Source: Chrysomallon squamiferum (taxonomy: Eukaryota > Animalia > Mollusca). Taken from it: a stretch of 64,000 nt of DNA. This document shows positions 13,047 through 26,676 of the stretch, piece by piece. Numbering within the stretch: position 1 is the stretch's first letter; each line of letters begins with the position of its first letter. The stretch is taken from positions 8,370,001 through 8,434,000 of the forward strand of contig CM022677.1 of assembly GCA_012295275.1 (NCBI GenBank), read 5' to 3'. The position numbers and the translations under genes are program-made. The notes beneath the pieces were generated by a model. It ran no database searches. It was not told where the DNA came from and saw nothing but the letters and a program-made list of their open reading frames with translations.

Positions 13047-14432
13047 CAGCAGTTGGAATTAAGTGTTGCTTTTGAGATTATGATAGAAAGAGTTAATACA
13101 TATTAAATAAATTGTAACTGTAATATTGTATACACTTTATCTATTTTTCAATAGTTTCTTGTATTAAGAAATACAGCTGTGGTTTTTCAGCAATGATTCA
13201 AGCTCAGTCTGGTTTGAATTTTTGGATCAGTTGCTTAATAGCTGGTGCACCTTATTCTCCATTTGTCTGACAATATTTTAAAATAAAACTGCATTAGTTA
13301 CAGTAGTTTATTTATATTAAAGACAACTATCAGTAATTTAATTATTTTCTGTTTTTGCTGTCTTGAATGAACTCTACTGTATTATTATTATTATTATTAG
13401 TATTAAACATATCTTTGAAGATCTAGCTTTGTTTATATACTTACCTTATCGATTTATTTGCCTTTTTTCTTCTCTCTTGTGATGACTTCTGCTTATTTAT
13501 GGAATGAATTCGATGATCAGAGGAGAATGTATTTTCTTCATAATATAGCCGCACACTGCTCATTTATAAAAGAATATTCTTTCTTCAGTTCATGGTGAAA
13601 CGATACTGATAAAGATAACATTTATATTTGGATTTTGGTTATTAATGTTGCATGATTACAAGTTAAAATATTTTCTGATATCGGGTATACTGCAAAATTA
13701 GTTTCTTTATATGGTGTAAAACACGGAAAACTTACTTCGAATGTAATAATACATAGCGAATACATTCTGCGCTTTACACATTAATAAAATATACATTCAG
13801 AATGTTTCAGTCCAACTGAAAGGACGAGTTTTGAACATATTCGTAATTAAAATCAGTTTGTTCATGACTGCTGTCTTTTCAGTAACATGTGCATGTTTAC
13901 ATCAGTAAATAAGACAAGTTTCATCTAATTACTTGTGACATTTACAAAAACTGACCAAATGATATTAATTACAGCTATCTTACTGACAAAAATAAACCAT
14001 AGAACTTAGAAGTTAAATGAATTACAAAGAATATTTCACAGAGATTTACTTACAACATATCATTCTTCGTTAATGGCGTATCCCAATGCCGGTCATGTGA
14101 TACTCGAGTAAATTGCTTGAAGACGGCTTGAAATGTTAGTGTTACTGAATGTATTATAAAACCTGTAATTTAGTTTCCAAAGAACTCCGAAACATGACGA
14201 TAACAATATCACTCTTAACCACATGGAATTCTGCAACTGACATTATTTATTTAGTTTAATGACATCAATAAGCTAATAATCCTATAGCTATATTAAACAC
14301 AATAAAACAACACATTATTGAAATAAAAAATTAAGGAAGGGGAAGTAATCAAATTGAACAAACCCAAACTGAGGGTATTGGTTTATTTTTATTCCAATGA
14401 TGTTATTTTAATTTTTGGTTAAAAAATAATAA

Positions 14433-14479
<47 letters not shown>

Positions 14480-15811
14480 CAGAATAAAATAAATAAATAA
14501 ACAAATAACTGAAAAAATATTTTGAAAATTAATATATATTTTTTTTTTTCAGAACGGTAATTTTAAATAGGTTAGAAAACAAACCAATTAATCAATATCT
14601 GTACATCGTTAATAATTCACAAAGGTTTTATTTGTTTGTTTGTTTATTCCAAGGCATTGTACCTTTTGACATGAAATTAAATTAAATGATAAAAAAAAAA
14701 AAATGAAAGATAAACTGCATTTCATCAAAAGTATAAGTATGTTAGTTCCTGAAGTAGACATGTGATTTTATTTTTGTGTTTTATTGGCAGTAAGATTAAC
14801 ATTGATTACAGTTTTGTGTTTGTAACACAGGTCAAAGTGATATAGATGATACATGTTAAACTGTTCATCAGCTTATTTTTATTCTTAAATTGTTTATTTC
14901 TTTATTTATCTTTTATTTATTCTGTAAAAAAAAAATTGTATTTTTTTTTTTTATTGCTATATAAGATATTAATTATTATATTCATACTAAGTAACAGCCA
15001 AGCTAAAGAATAATAAATAGAAACATTTGGCTAGAATTTTAACTCTGGATCACAATAAACCAGCAACCATGTTAATCTTTTGTAATATAATATTACACAG
15101 TGTTAATTAAAAGCCTGTTACCATGCCTACATTTTTTTTACATTATCATCATTTGCTATAATTTATGATTATACTTTTTAGATTAACACTTTCTCAATAT
15201 GCTTCCAATTTATCTAGTGACTTTCTGATGCCCTCCAAACAAAGACTTAGTTCTTTTTAACACCAAACTAATTTTGCCCACTTATAAACCACCCTAGTGC
15301 TACTTCTATGAAGATGGGGTACAGAAAAAATGCACTGGAAAAAAAGGCTTAACAAAGCACAGTATCATATCAAAGTTTAATATTACAATTACCACATTAT
15401 TATCACATTTAAAAATATAATAAAAATACATCACTCAGTCACTTGGTTTTGGTTATTATAAAGTTTCCAGTAGATGTTGTGACCAGCAGTTATGAATTGT
15501 TTTTCTAAACTGGACTTAAATGATTATGTTATCATGATCAAACACAAAGGGGAATGTATGTGTGTGTGTGTGTGTGTGTGTTTATGTGTGTATGTGTGTG
15601 TGTGTGTGTGTGCACACATGCAAACACACAAACGCACGCGTGCACACCCATACACTCACACAAATTATATACATTTGTTTTGATTTGACTATTTATTTAA
15701 CAATTACAGTTTATATTATTTCTGACATTAAATCATTATTATTCCAGCACTGATTTTTTTTATGTGCTTTTAAGGTGCAATTATGAATTGATTTTGTAAG
15801 AAGGATTTCAC

Positions 15812-16428
15812 CTACTACCAATAACTAAATCATTATTTTTCCCAAATCTGCATAGTGCCATTTCTTCCAGGTAAATGGTTTTTTCCAGGCAGCTTTTATT
15901 CCAATTCCATTTTTTTTTTCTATGAAGATTTTGTCATACTCTAATCAGTACAAATCCCTTACTGCTATGAGACAGGTAGAAGAAAAGTGCAATAAAATCA
16001 GTTAACAGATATAAATTATCTACCTGCCAAGGGTTCCAGTTAAAATAAGGATGTGATTGTTATAAATTAAATAGCAGTAGCCAGATTTCCATTTCCCATT
16101 ATAAGTAACCATATTTTTTTCCTTCTGGATGCCTCCTAATAGGTCACGGTTAGCAGAATAACCCAAAACATTTTGTGTCTCCATAGATGGTTCTTCTGCC
16201 AGTAGTCATAATTCACTTTACTTTTTACTCAGAGAAGGCTCTATGGTAAAGTATCTTCGATAAATTGGCAGATGTCAATAGTCAGAATTACAAACCCTTG
16301 CACACTGCCCTGTGAAATAAATATTAAGAACCAAAGATGTTTCTTGAATAAAATTTCTTTGATGTTGTTGTCTTTTTTTTTACCATACAGCAAACAAAAA
16401 CCGAGAACATGGTAAAATAGAACTGGAC
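15812..16428 (-). pseudogene. Three phase-compatible decayed exons (16428-16384, 16309-16024, 15964-15812) of an unidentified, possibly secreted protein
   Basis: Each has a pyrimidine-AG acceptor and a GT donor; introns are 74 and 59 bp; phases 1 and 2 join correctly. Joined frame PVLFYHVLGFCLLYG-QCARVCNSDY*HLPIYRRYF...NGKWKSGYCYLIYNNHILILTGTLGS-SKGFVLIRV*... contains several stops. Confidence 0.35.
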
Positions 16429-17181
16429 CTGAAATTAACTGTTCCATTTGATCAAATAAATATTCAAAGATATTTGTCATAATATTTTCTTTCCATATAA
16501 TTTAATTATTATTATTATTTTTTGATTTTGTTTTTGTTGTTGTATTATATTCCAAAGTTTTACGATTAATCACTGAACAAATTATAACACTTCTTATCTC
16601 TTATTACCTTCCAATTCCTAATAAGAAAAAATATATTTATTTCAAACTCATCTCATGTTTTAAATAAAATTAAAATAATATTAAGTAATGAAACATCAGT
16701 TTAAAATATTCTGAAAAATACTATTAAGATTGTTAAAATAGAAGTACAGAGAATATTTAACATAAGTTATATAAATTCTGTTGTTTGTAAAATATACTGG
16801 GTTTCAAAAATAATATTAATTATAGTAATATTAAATACAGTTTAAAATAGTCACTGAAGATGACACAAAACACACAATATTTTATGTGAACAGTGATTAT
16901 AAACATCAGCAATATAAATATGCTGACAGCCACAGCAAATGCAGTATCATTTGACAAAAAAACCCACAAAAAAACACAATAAAAAACATACAAAAAACCC
17001 CACAAGATCAGTTAAAAAAAAAGTAATAATAATAATTAAATTGACCAACACATTTAGATATACAGTACTGATTAACAGTAACAATATAAACCTATATATT
17101 TAAAGAACTTTGGATATAAGGTTCAAAAAGACACCATAAATTTAACAAAAGGTAACAATAAAATGTTACATAATAATAATA

Positions 17182-17224
<43 letters not shown>

Positions 17225-17426
17225 TAAAAACATATATAATAAAATAATAGTGTAAATAATGGTTATATTCTTTAAAATGCATATAAAAATATCTTAATAA
17301 GGAAATAATATTGACAAACTATTACTGAATATATTTTATAAATGTCATCTGTTCATTTTCTGACCAATGTCTGTAACACTGAAAAGGGAGCATGCTTGAC
17401 AGTCATATTTCTGACCAATGCTTGAC

Positions 17427-17718
17427 AGTGTGACTGTGACAGTAAAGTCCTGACCTGTGGGTGTCATAGTCACCCTTTCTGACCTGAGAGTGTGACTGTG
17501 ACAGGAAAGTGCTGACCTGTGGGTGTCATAGTCACCCTTTCTGACCTGAGAGTGTGACTGTGACAGGAAAGTGCTGACCTGTGGGTGTCATAGTCACCCT
17601 TTCTGACCTGAGAGTGTGACTGTGACAGGAAAGTGCTGGAATGTGTGTCATAGTCACCCTTTCTGACCTTCACCTGACAGTGTGACTGTGACAGTAAAGT
17701 GATGGAGTGTCATAGTCA
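17427..17718. repeat. 62-bp minisatellite, ~4.5 copies, with internal inverted repeat
   Basis: GTGTCATAGTCACCCTTTCTGACCTGAGAGTGTGACTGTGACAGGAAAGTGCTGACCTGTGG at 17461, 17523, 17585 and (variant) 17645. Confidence 0.95.
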
Positions 17719-18766
17719 TTAGTTGGGCTAATGATGCCAAATACTGTGACTGTGACAGTGAAGGGAACATGCCTCTTATGATCACACTTTCTGATCACTG
17801 ACAGTACTGTTTAACATAAGGAAAAGATGACATACTTGTTAAGTTGGCAGGCCACAAGGAATAGAGAGCCATTAGTGCATACAACAACAGATGTTGTTAA
17901 TGGCATTAGTTTAAATAGTTCAGTTTGGCCTGATTTATTCATTAGGACATGACATTTCATTAAAAGAATTACAAGAGTTTTGCCAGGAAAACAAGAATAC
18001 TATGGCCAGTCAGCAACTGATCATGTCAAAAGATTTAAGTATATTTAGCAAACATTTTTAAAAAGTAAAAAACAAATTTTAATCAATAATTGAAAAATAA
18101 ATAAATAAATAAACAAAAATTAAATAAATAAATAAATAAATAAATTTAAAAAATATAAATAAACAAATAAATAGACAAATAAAAATGCCTAGACAAGGTT
18201 TCTGTCACATACACTAATCAAATACATGTCAGAATGAAAACGCATATGTATCAAAGTATTTCCCTACATGGAATGATATATAGAAGGGGTGAAAAAACAA
18301 CACAGACATGCCCTAAAATGTAAGGAATAAATGGAATTTCCTAATGGAATAATAAAAAATATAATAATAAACAGGAATTTTAAAAGAAGAGGATTTTTTT
18401 TTAAATTTTTTTTTGTTTATTATTATTATTTAAGATTATTTTAATTTATTTTATTTTATTTTATTTACTTATTTATATATTTTTCTTATAGTTATTTATA
18501 TTATTATTATTTTTTTATTTTTTTTTGTGTGTGTGAAATTGTGTATAAATAAGATTGTATAGAATAATATTCAAAAAAAATAAATAAGATCTGGCTGTTA
18601 TTGCAAGGAATCTTAGGTGCACCTTTCTACAAAACAATGTGAGTTTGTATATTTGTTTTTATGTATGCATGTGTGTTGTTAACTGGTGTACTTTGATGAC
18701 TGTCAGAATATTTAATTATTTCTTTTAGAAATTAAGAATTTTTTAGAGAAACACAATTAAAAATTA

Positions 18767-19630
18767 CCGTATATACTTGTGTACAAGGTGACCTTATGTA
18801 TAAGTCGATGTGTATTTTAAGACCAAAAATTGCGTCATTTTAGGTATTACTTGTGTATAAGTCGACTGTAGATTCCAGGCACCGTCACTATTTTTAGACC
18901 AGTGTGAAATGCCATGAAGGCCTACATTGTATGCCTACTGTAACATAACTTGCACGAGCTGTAACTTGCACGTGCAATTCAAAGTAAGATAATTTCGGAA
19001 CCTTAGCAATATTTTTTTCTATAGAAACTCTGCTACAAGACACGCCCCCGATCCTATTCCTAGCGTGCTAATTGGCCGAGGCTTCGCGCACTTGGCAACC
19101 AACTAGAATAACAAATATGGTGAGAAGCTGAACTGATTTTTGTTGCAGAACGTTTATAGAAATTTAGTTTGTTTTCGATTTGTCGGTAGTGGATATTAAT
19201 GACGATTGCAATATTATTTCACCAAATTCTTTACAATTACACAAGTGAGTTTTGTTTATGAAATTAGGACCGATATTTAGTGCAATTTGGCAGAGAAGTC
19301 TGCATTCCTAGATCATTGCAAGACGCCGTATGGCATAACGGTTTTCTCACTTTAAAATGTATTTTTATGTCATTAAACGGAAGAATATCATGTTTTACAT
19401 TCATATTTGGTTTTGTTATTTAATTTTTTCAAATTTTTTATATGATAAAATTATATTTTTGAAAAGCTGAAAGACCGCGATTATTTTAGATGCATCCCGT
19501 AGCAAAAAATAGTCAAAATGGCAACTCTTCAACAACAGCTACAAAAGCATTACCTATGTATAAGTCGACCCCCAAAATATTACCTTAATATAGTCTCCCG
19601 AAAATTCGACTTATACACAAGTATATACGG
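18767..19630. mobile_element. Non-autonomous Tc1/mariner-superfamily element (Tc2/pogo-type MITE), 864 bp
   Basis: TIRs CCGTATATACTTGTGTA(C/T)AAG at both ends (17 bp perfect), flanked by TA on each side (18765-66, 19631-32). Subterminal TGTATAAGTCGA motif is repeated. No ORF. CCGTA termini with a TA TSD are typical of Tc2/pogo-like elements. Confidence 0.9.
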
Positions 19631-21875
19631 TATATATTTTTTCAAATGAATAACACTTTTCAAGATTACAAGAGGGTGTTTTACTGACCTGTAACCTAAC
19701 AAAACTGACATCTTGGTTTATGAAGACAAAATATTGCCCTATGAAACAAAAGAGCTGGAAATTTAAAACAGAATGAATAATGAATCCTGTGATTCCAGGA
19801 CAATCTACAATGAGACAGAATAGTGGTTATCTAAATACTTTTTTTTTGAAGAGTCACAGAGAATTCTCAGACAATGAGCTTAATCACTGAAAGGAACTTA
19901 TAAAAAAAAAAAAGTTATAATAAAAGTATGTTTCAATTAATTTTCAGCACAGAGAAGGTATTCTGAATTCACAGAAACAAAAATTCAACTTTCAGTTCTG
20001 GGCAAACAGGATGGAGCAGTTATTCTGAATTCCCAGGACACCAAGCTAAAGAATAGAAAGTTTCTATGAAATTTACAAGGATATATAAACATGCAAGAAT
20101 AACCTATGACTGACAGAATTGAGAAATACTTTCATTAATCTTCAGCAAAAAGCACAGAGAAGATATTCTGAATTATCAGGACAGTAAGATATAACAGAAT
20201 AATGTTTCTATGGAATTTACAAAGTTGTATAAATACACATGAAAAACATACGACCTTCTGGAGTTGAAAAATACTTTCAGTTCTGGCAAACAGCGCAGAC
20301 AATTTTCAGAAATGCACAGTCTATTTCCCCATCCCAGAATGATATTCTGTACATAGATGGGATGAAAAAAACAACAACCCCAAAACATACTCACAAAAAA
20401 CCCCACCTAAAATGTAAAGAATAATTGGAATTTTCTAATGGAATAATAATAATAAACATGAATTAGAAGAATGTTTCTGTAAAAGATAAATTCTTTTATA
20501 TTATTAAGAAATAACTGTAGCAATGAAGTCATATGTAACTTGGATTCTGAGCAAACTCAATTCACTGATCAGCAACTTATAAGACTATTTCTATTAAATT
20601 TAAAATGAGAAGATTCAGAAATATCTAAGAACAACTACAGTGATAGAAAAGAATTTAAATAAATAAATAAAAATACCAGCAACATACAATGAGAAGATTT
20701 CTATATAGTCAGAATTTGTGTTTGTTGGCAATACTTATTTTTCAATTTTTGTGAGAGTTTTTTTTTCTTTTCTTTTTTGTTGATATTAATTATTTTTCTG
20801 GGATAAGTTTGGGAAGCTAAACTGAAACACCAGATTGTAATTTAAATTTTAATTATATATATATATATAGATGGAAAAACAAAAATTACAAAAATATATA
20901 TATATATATATATATTCAGATAATATGAAACATACATTCAGACATTACACATAAAACAATCAAATAGAAGATTATGTGATTACTATTATTACTACTACCA
21001 CTATTACTAATTTCAGTCTGTAATGTTATTAGCTGAGTTATATTTTTCAATGCATTAAAATGATGCTGGATTGAAAAATACCTGTTGCTCCATGAGCTAC
21101 TCCCAGTAATGAGCATCAACCCATTTTGTATGAGAAGCAACCCAAACCCAAATGATAAGACATCAGTGTTTTAAACACATCAGTTATGGCTGCCTGTAAT
21201 GGTTGAATTAAGCCTCTTGGTATACAGAGGAGTGGTAATGTTGAGATTTACTAATGTTAAAAACTACAGAAACATTACAGCAGGAATAATAAAGTATGTC
21301 TTGAATAATCTAATTTAATCTGTTTTCTGGGAACACAACTGAGGTACCATTATTGAAATCCCAGGAAACAGAATTAAAACAGTCGAACAAGAAAATCAGT
21401 GAGAAGTAAAGATACCATTTAAAAAAAGTTAAAATTAAAAAAAAGTTAAAAAAGAAATAAGGAAATCCAGTGAAGATACTTTACAAAACTGATATTAGAA
21501 AGCCAAAAATAAGTAATCTACTGGACTGATTGGCCACAGTTCTCACTGAACATATTGATACTTGACTGGAATAGCTCATGGAGTGGGGGGGGGTTTATTT
21601 GTCAGTAACACATCCTTAAAATATTGCTTCAATCAATTTTTAAAATCTTGATAAGTCTAAATTATACATACATTTCTAATTAAAATTATTGTCATCACTG
21701 TATTTATATTAATGAATATTTAAAGAAAATATCTGCTGTTCTGTTCTTAGTACAATGTTTACATTCTTATTAAAATATGTTTTCATATTTACTGAAAAAC
21801 TTGTTAAATAATAACATTTATAGCTTTACCATCATTTTGTACAATGTATGTATGGGTTATATTATTACATGTTAT

Positions 21876-21928
<53 letters not shown>

Positions 21929-21969
21929 CTTTCTTGCAATTCTTTTATCTTTTTAATTAATTTCACATA

Positions 21970-22165
21970 GGCAATGAACAATGTTATAAGAGTTGAAATT
22001 TGCGTCAAATGCTCCCCAAAAAGTATGTCGCAGTGTTGTCAAAAGGTGTCGTGATTGTATTGAAGTTCAAGGTAAACATTTTGAACATTTGTTTTATAAT
22101 AAATATACAGATTAAATTTGTTGTCTTTATTTAAGTTTGCGGTTGGTTACTTTTGGGACACCCTG
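21970..22165 (+). mobile_element. 3' end relic of a Tc1/mariner transposon (transposase C-terminus plus right TIR)
   Basis: Frame from ~22019 reads KVCRSVVKRCRDCIEVQGKHFEHLF, matching the RxxxCIxxxGxHFEHL C-terminal motif of mariner-like transposases. It ends in TTTTGGGACACCCTG followed by TA (CAGGGTGTCCCAAAA-type TIR). Confidence 0.78.
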
Positions 22166-22674
22166 TATTTAACCCTTTATCATTTGCGAAATATATATAA
22201 AAAAAAATCCTTACTATTTTTAAGGTTATTTATCATTTGAAAAATACTATGTAGAATATACCTTTCTATATATATTCAATAATAACCTTTCTACAGTTGG
22301 AATTAGGATATTCAGTCCATAATTAAAAAGCAAATGATGATATGAGTTAAAATGTAATGTGTATACTCACACTGCTTTACCAGGGAGAAATTTCTCGTCG
22401 AACCAGCATGTACATTTTATATGTTTTCCCCATAATATATTAAAGCTTATAAAAATAAAATGGACAATTTAAACTGTAAACAATATTATTGACTGCACCA
22501 AACTCTTTTCCAGTTTGATCATTGTAACAAACAGAGGTAGTGTTTTATAAGTTTTTTCTTCTGTTTCTTTTTTTTTTTTTTTTTTTCTCTTTCTTTTTCT
22601 GTCTGTCTGTTACATGTTGTTTGTTTGTGTATATGTATGTCAGTATGTGTGTGCATGTTTGTGTGTGTTTTCCA

Positions 22675-22885
22675 TGTTTATCACTGAAATTCAACAGGGC
22701 AACTTGATGACACTCCCAGCATCTGTTGACATCCATGATGAGATATTCCCCCTGTGTAACATTCCCAGTCCAAGAACACTGGACAGGAGTCACCCACCAG
22801 GTGGACAGATGTCCCATCAGCAGCATCGGCACCCAGACAATCCATGTCACTGAAGGAGCAACCTCACAAGCCACCACCAGTCCTG
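22675..22885 (-). repeat. Diverged inverted-repeat pair, copy A (unidentified interspersed repeat)
   Basis: Its reverse complement shares TCCTTCAGTGACA, GGACATCTG, CCAGTGTTCTTG, CTGGGAATGTT and CTGTTGAATT(T/C)CAGTGATAAACA, in order, with 24207-24405. Confidence 0.8.
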
Positions 22886-24206
22886 AGTATGTGCCCCGTC
22901 ATGAGCGCATTCATCCTGCAAGACTTACCAGAAATCAGGTGCATCCATTGTACAGAAATGTCATGTTTACAGAAATCTGAATCACACATGTAAACTCTGA
23001 CTCTTACTTGTTGTTAGTAGTATGTGCTCAATACAGATGTGCTGATTATTAGTAAATTATGTTAAATAAATATCAGTCTCTTGAAAGAAATAGTGATTAT
23101 AGTCCTATAGCTAATTTCGGAAAGCCACTATTTACTTTGCCAACTATAATTGAAATGGATTTCTAAAAGGTAATTGAAATATTAAGAATGAATAAAATGA
23201 ATAAAGTTTGAAACTATTTTGTTAACAATCATAGAGATATCTGTCTGTCACTGTATCACTAATTTCTTTCACATTAGATTACTAATAAAACAAATGAAAG
23301 AGGAAAAAAATATCTGTGATGACCTGGCTGCTCCACAGGAACAGTGATTTCATCCCAGTTTTCTGATCATTCACTGCTCCTGCTCAGACCATCACTGAGT
23401 TGGAAAATGTGGTAAAGGTCAAAATTCAAAAAAAAAAAAAAGAAAAGAAAAGTAAGTAATTTTAAAGATTTTAGAAAAAAGGAAATATATGTAATTATGC
23501 AAGTTTAATGTAAAACAGATGTTAGTAAAAACTAATAAATCTCTGATAATCTGTCTGCCCTACAGGAAAAATGACTTCATTATTCCTATCAAAGGTACAA
23601 AATGTTTAACTAAATAATAATAAGAAGAAGAAGAACAAGAACAATATTATAATTCTATTAATTCTAATTATTTCTTTTGAACATCAGAAATTTTATATTA
23701 ATTTATTAAACATTCATACAGAAAAAAGCCATGCTCATAATACACACACATACACACTCACAAATACTGGCATAGGTATTAGTAACACACACACTGACAC
23801 TCATTAACAGACACACACACACACATACACACTGCTACATACCAGGTCATAAACAGTATCACACATTTTATATAAACACCAAGTGCAGAAATATTAGTCA
23901 ACACATTCACTGATGCACATATTAATATCACCACTGAAAAATATCACTATACACACATACGTTAATATATTCACACACATTAATACACATAAACACTGAC
24001 ACACATTAATACAAATAAACACTGACACACGCACACACACCCACACACTGACATGCATATTAGTAACCATACACAAATAACAACCAGATTGACATGCTGA
24101 TATCAGAGTTGTCTGTAACCATGACGTATCTACAAAGGGTGCATCTATGAGATCAGGGAACACAGCAATCCTGCGTCAAAGTTCCAGGAACAGAAATGCA
24201 CAGCCA

Positions 24207-24405
24207 CAGGACTGTATTATGGTGACTTGTGGGGTGGATCCTTCAGTGACAAGGACATCTGCTCACCTGATGGGACCAACCCACCCAGTGTTCTTGACCT
24301 GGGAATGTTGGTTGAAGTATTACATGGAGAATACCTGATCATGTATGCTCAAAGATGACTGAGAAAATGTCATTAAATTACACTGTTGAATTCCAGTGAT
24401 AAACA
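24207..24405 (+). repeat. Diverged inverted-repeat pair, copy B
   Basis: See copy A; collinear shared blocks in opposite orientation, ~1.3 kb apart. Confidence 0.8.
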
Positions 24406-24512
24406 GCTGGAGTGATGTGTATGAAATGAATGGGGAGAACAAAAAGAAAAAGGAAAAGTATTAAGAAGAAAAAAAGAAAATAGTTATACCCCACTCTATG
24501 TCATTAACTGGT

Positions 24513-25720
24513 TCTAGTGTTTTACAACTACAATAACACCAGACATGTGACCAGTGTCTAACAACAATTAAAATATAATCAAACCAGCATAACAACAGGT
24601 GACACGTGGCCAATGTCTAACAACGATTAAAAAATGTAATTGCTAGTGTTTTACAACAGTCACGTATTAGATGTCTGACAACAAATAAGGGTATCCCAAG
24701 TGTTTTACCACTACAACAACAGCAGACATGCAGTGTATGTTTGACAACAATGAATATGGGTATCCCTAGTGCTTTACAACTGCAACAACATCAGACATAC
24801 AGTCAATGTCTGACATCAATAAAGATGGGTATCCCTAGTGTTATACCACTACAACATCAGCAGATATGTAGTTTATCTCTGACAACAATAAAGATGGGTA
24901 TGGCTAGAGTTTTACCACTACAACAATAGCACACAAGTAGAGGATGTCTCACGACAATAAATATGGATATCCCTAGGGTTTTACCACTACAAGAACGTGA
25001 GATATGTAATGTATGTCCAGAAACAATAAATATGGGTATCGCTAGTGTTTCACCACTACAACAACAGCAGACATGTAGTAGAGATCTGAAAAAAGTTAAT
25101 TTGTGTATCACTACTGTTTAACCATATTAACAACCGCAAACATGTAGTGGATGTCTGACAACAATAAATATGGGTATGGTTTGTGTTTTACAACTACAAC
25201 AACAGCATGCATGTAGAGGATATCTAAGGATAATAAATTTGGTGTGGCTAGTAGTTCAGCACTATAACAACTTCAGTCATGTAGTAAATGTGTCAGAACA
25301 ATGTAGTGGATGTCTGAGAACAATAAATATTGGTAGCAATAGTGTTTTACCACTATCACAACAGCTCTACTGTAGTCACAACAATAAATATGGGTATCAC
25401 TTGTGTTTTACCACTAAGACAGCAGACATGTAGTCGATGTCTGACAACAAAAAATACGGGTATGGTTGGTGGTTTACCATTATATCAACAGATATGTAGA
25501 GGATGGCGGACAACAATAAATATTGGTATCCCTAGTGCCTTACCACAACAACTACGTCAGACATTTAGTGCAAGAAAAATGGGTATCCATAGTGTGTTAC
25601 TGCTACAACAACAGCAGACATGTAGTGGATGTTTCACAACAATATATATCGGCACCCTAGTGTTTTACCACTACAAGAATGTCAGACATGTAGTGTATGT
25701 CTGGCAACAATGGGTATCAC
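24513..25720. repeat. Old degenerate 69-bp minisatellite (~17-18 copies)
   Basis: A GGGTATCC-like anchor recurs at 24689, 24758, 24827, 24896, 24965 and 25034. Approximate consensus CTAGTGTTTTACCACTACAACAACAGCAGACATGTAGTGGATGTCTGACAACAATAAATATGGGTATCC. Confidence 0.9.
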
Positions 25721-25975
25721 AGTGATTGAAATGGGTATCGGAAGGTCTGACAAAACATTGAGAAAGAACTAATGAAACCTGTAATACTCTGAAGAAGACT
25801 TCTGAAACAGTCTCCTCTTTGCTTTGTGAAGTCCCACACTGAACTAGGTTCTCTAAAGATGACTTTTCAAAAGTTTCTTCTTATATTAACTTCAACTTTT
25901 GCTCCATTTATATTCAAATAACCATATACTGTAATTACTATTACAATATAATTCATAATCAATCCATTTTTTTAG

Positions 25976-26676
25976 GTCTATGTTTTCTTCTTTCTTTCTG
26001 ACTGGAAACTGCTTTGAGTCTGCACTGTGGAGGAAAATGTACAACTGTTGCCAATGCAGAAGAAAACTGCAAAGTGGAGTTTACAAATGTTAAACAATTT
26101 AATTGTTTGACCACATGAATCAAAGATGAATTTGACATAGGCTGAAATGACATAGAGCAAGGTAAGCTTGACACTTTAAATTGGTTATTGTACAGTTTGA
26201 CACCAGTACAACATTTAATAAAATAGAATAAATTACAGTGAGTGATCCAGTGGAAGTGAATTTTTTCTTTTTATTTTTTTTTTTTTTTTTCTTTTATCTT
26301 TTTAATGTTCATTCCAAATATAAAGATTGAATTTTACAATGTTTACTAAGTCACTCAAAATACATTAACATGATGTCACAGACACCTGTAAGTTATTTGT
26401 ATAATGTTATCTTAACCATAACAGTGTTGCCAATGTACAACACAAAACAACTTATTGACATCATATTTTCCAACTGAAATTGGTTGTATTTTAATTACAA
26501 CTGCTGGATGCACTCTTCATAGCCAAAAGTACAAAGAAAAGAAGCCTGTGATATTTCAGATGAGAAATTGTATCCATCTGCCTGCATTTCTTGGATATGA
26601 CACATGCATTGAAACCAGTTTTGTGGCTTTGCACCACACCACATGCTGTCCGAGTCCTTACTGCTTGACTAATTAA
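25976..26676 (+). pseudogene. Two decayed exons (25976-26161, 26560-26676) of a small cysteine-rich secreted protein, Ly6/uPAR three-finger-like
   Basis: Exon A (TTTTAG acceptor, GTAAGC donor) reads LCFLLSF*LETALSLHCGGKCTTVANAEENCKVEFTNVKQFNCLTT*IKDEFDIG*NDIEQ. Exon B (TTTCAG acceptor) reads MRNCIHLPAFLGYDTCIETSFVALHHTTCCPSPYCLTN*. The terminal CCxxxxC and Cys spacing resemble LU domains. Three TGA stops and a phase mismatch. Confidence 0.4.
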
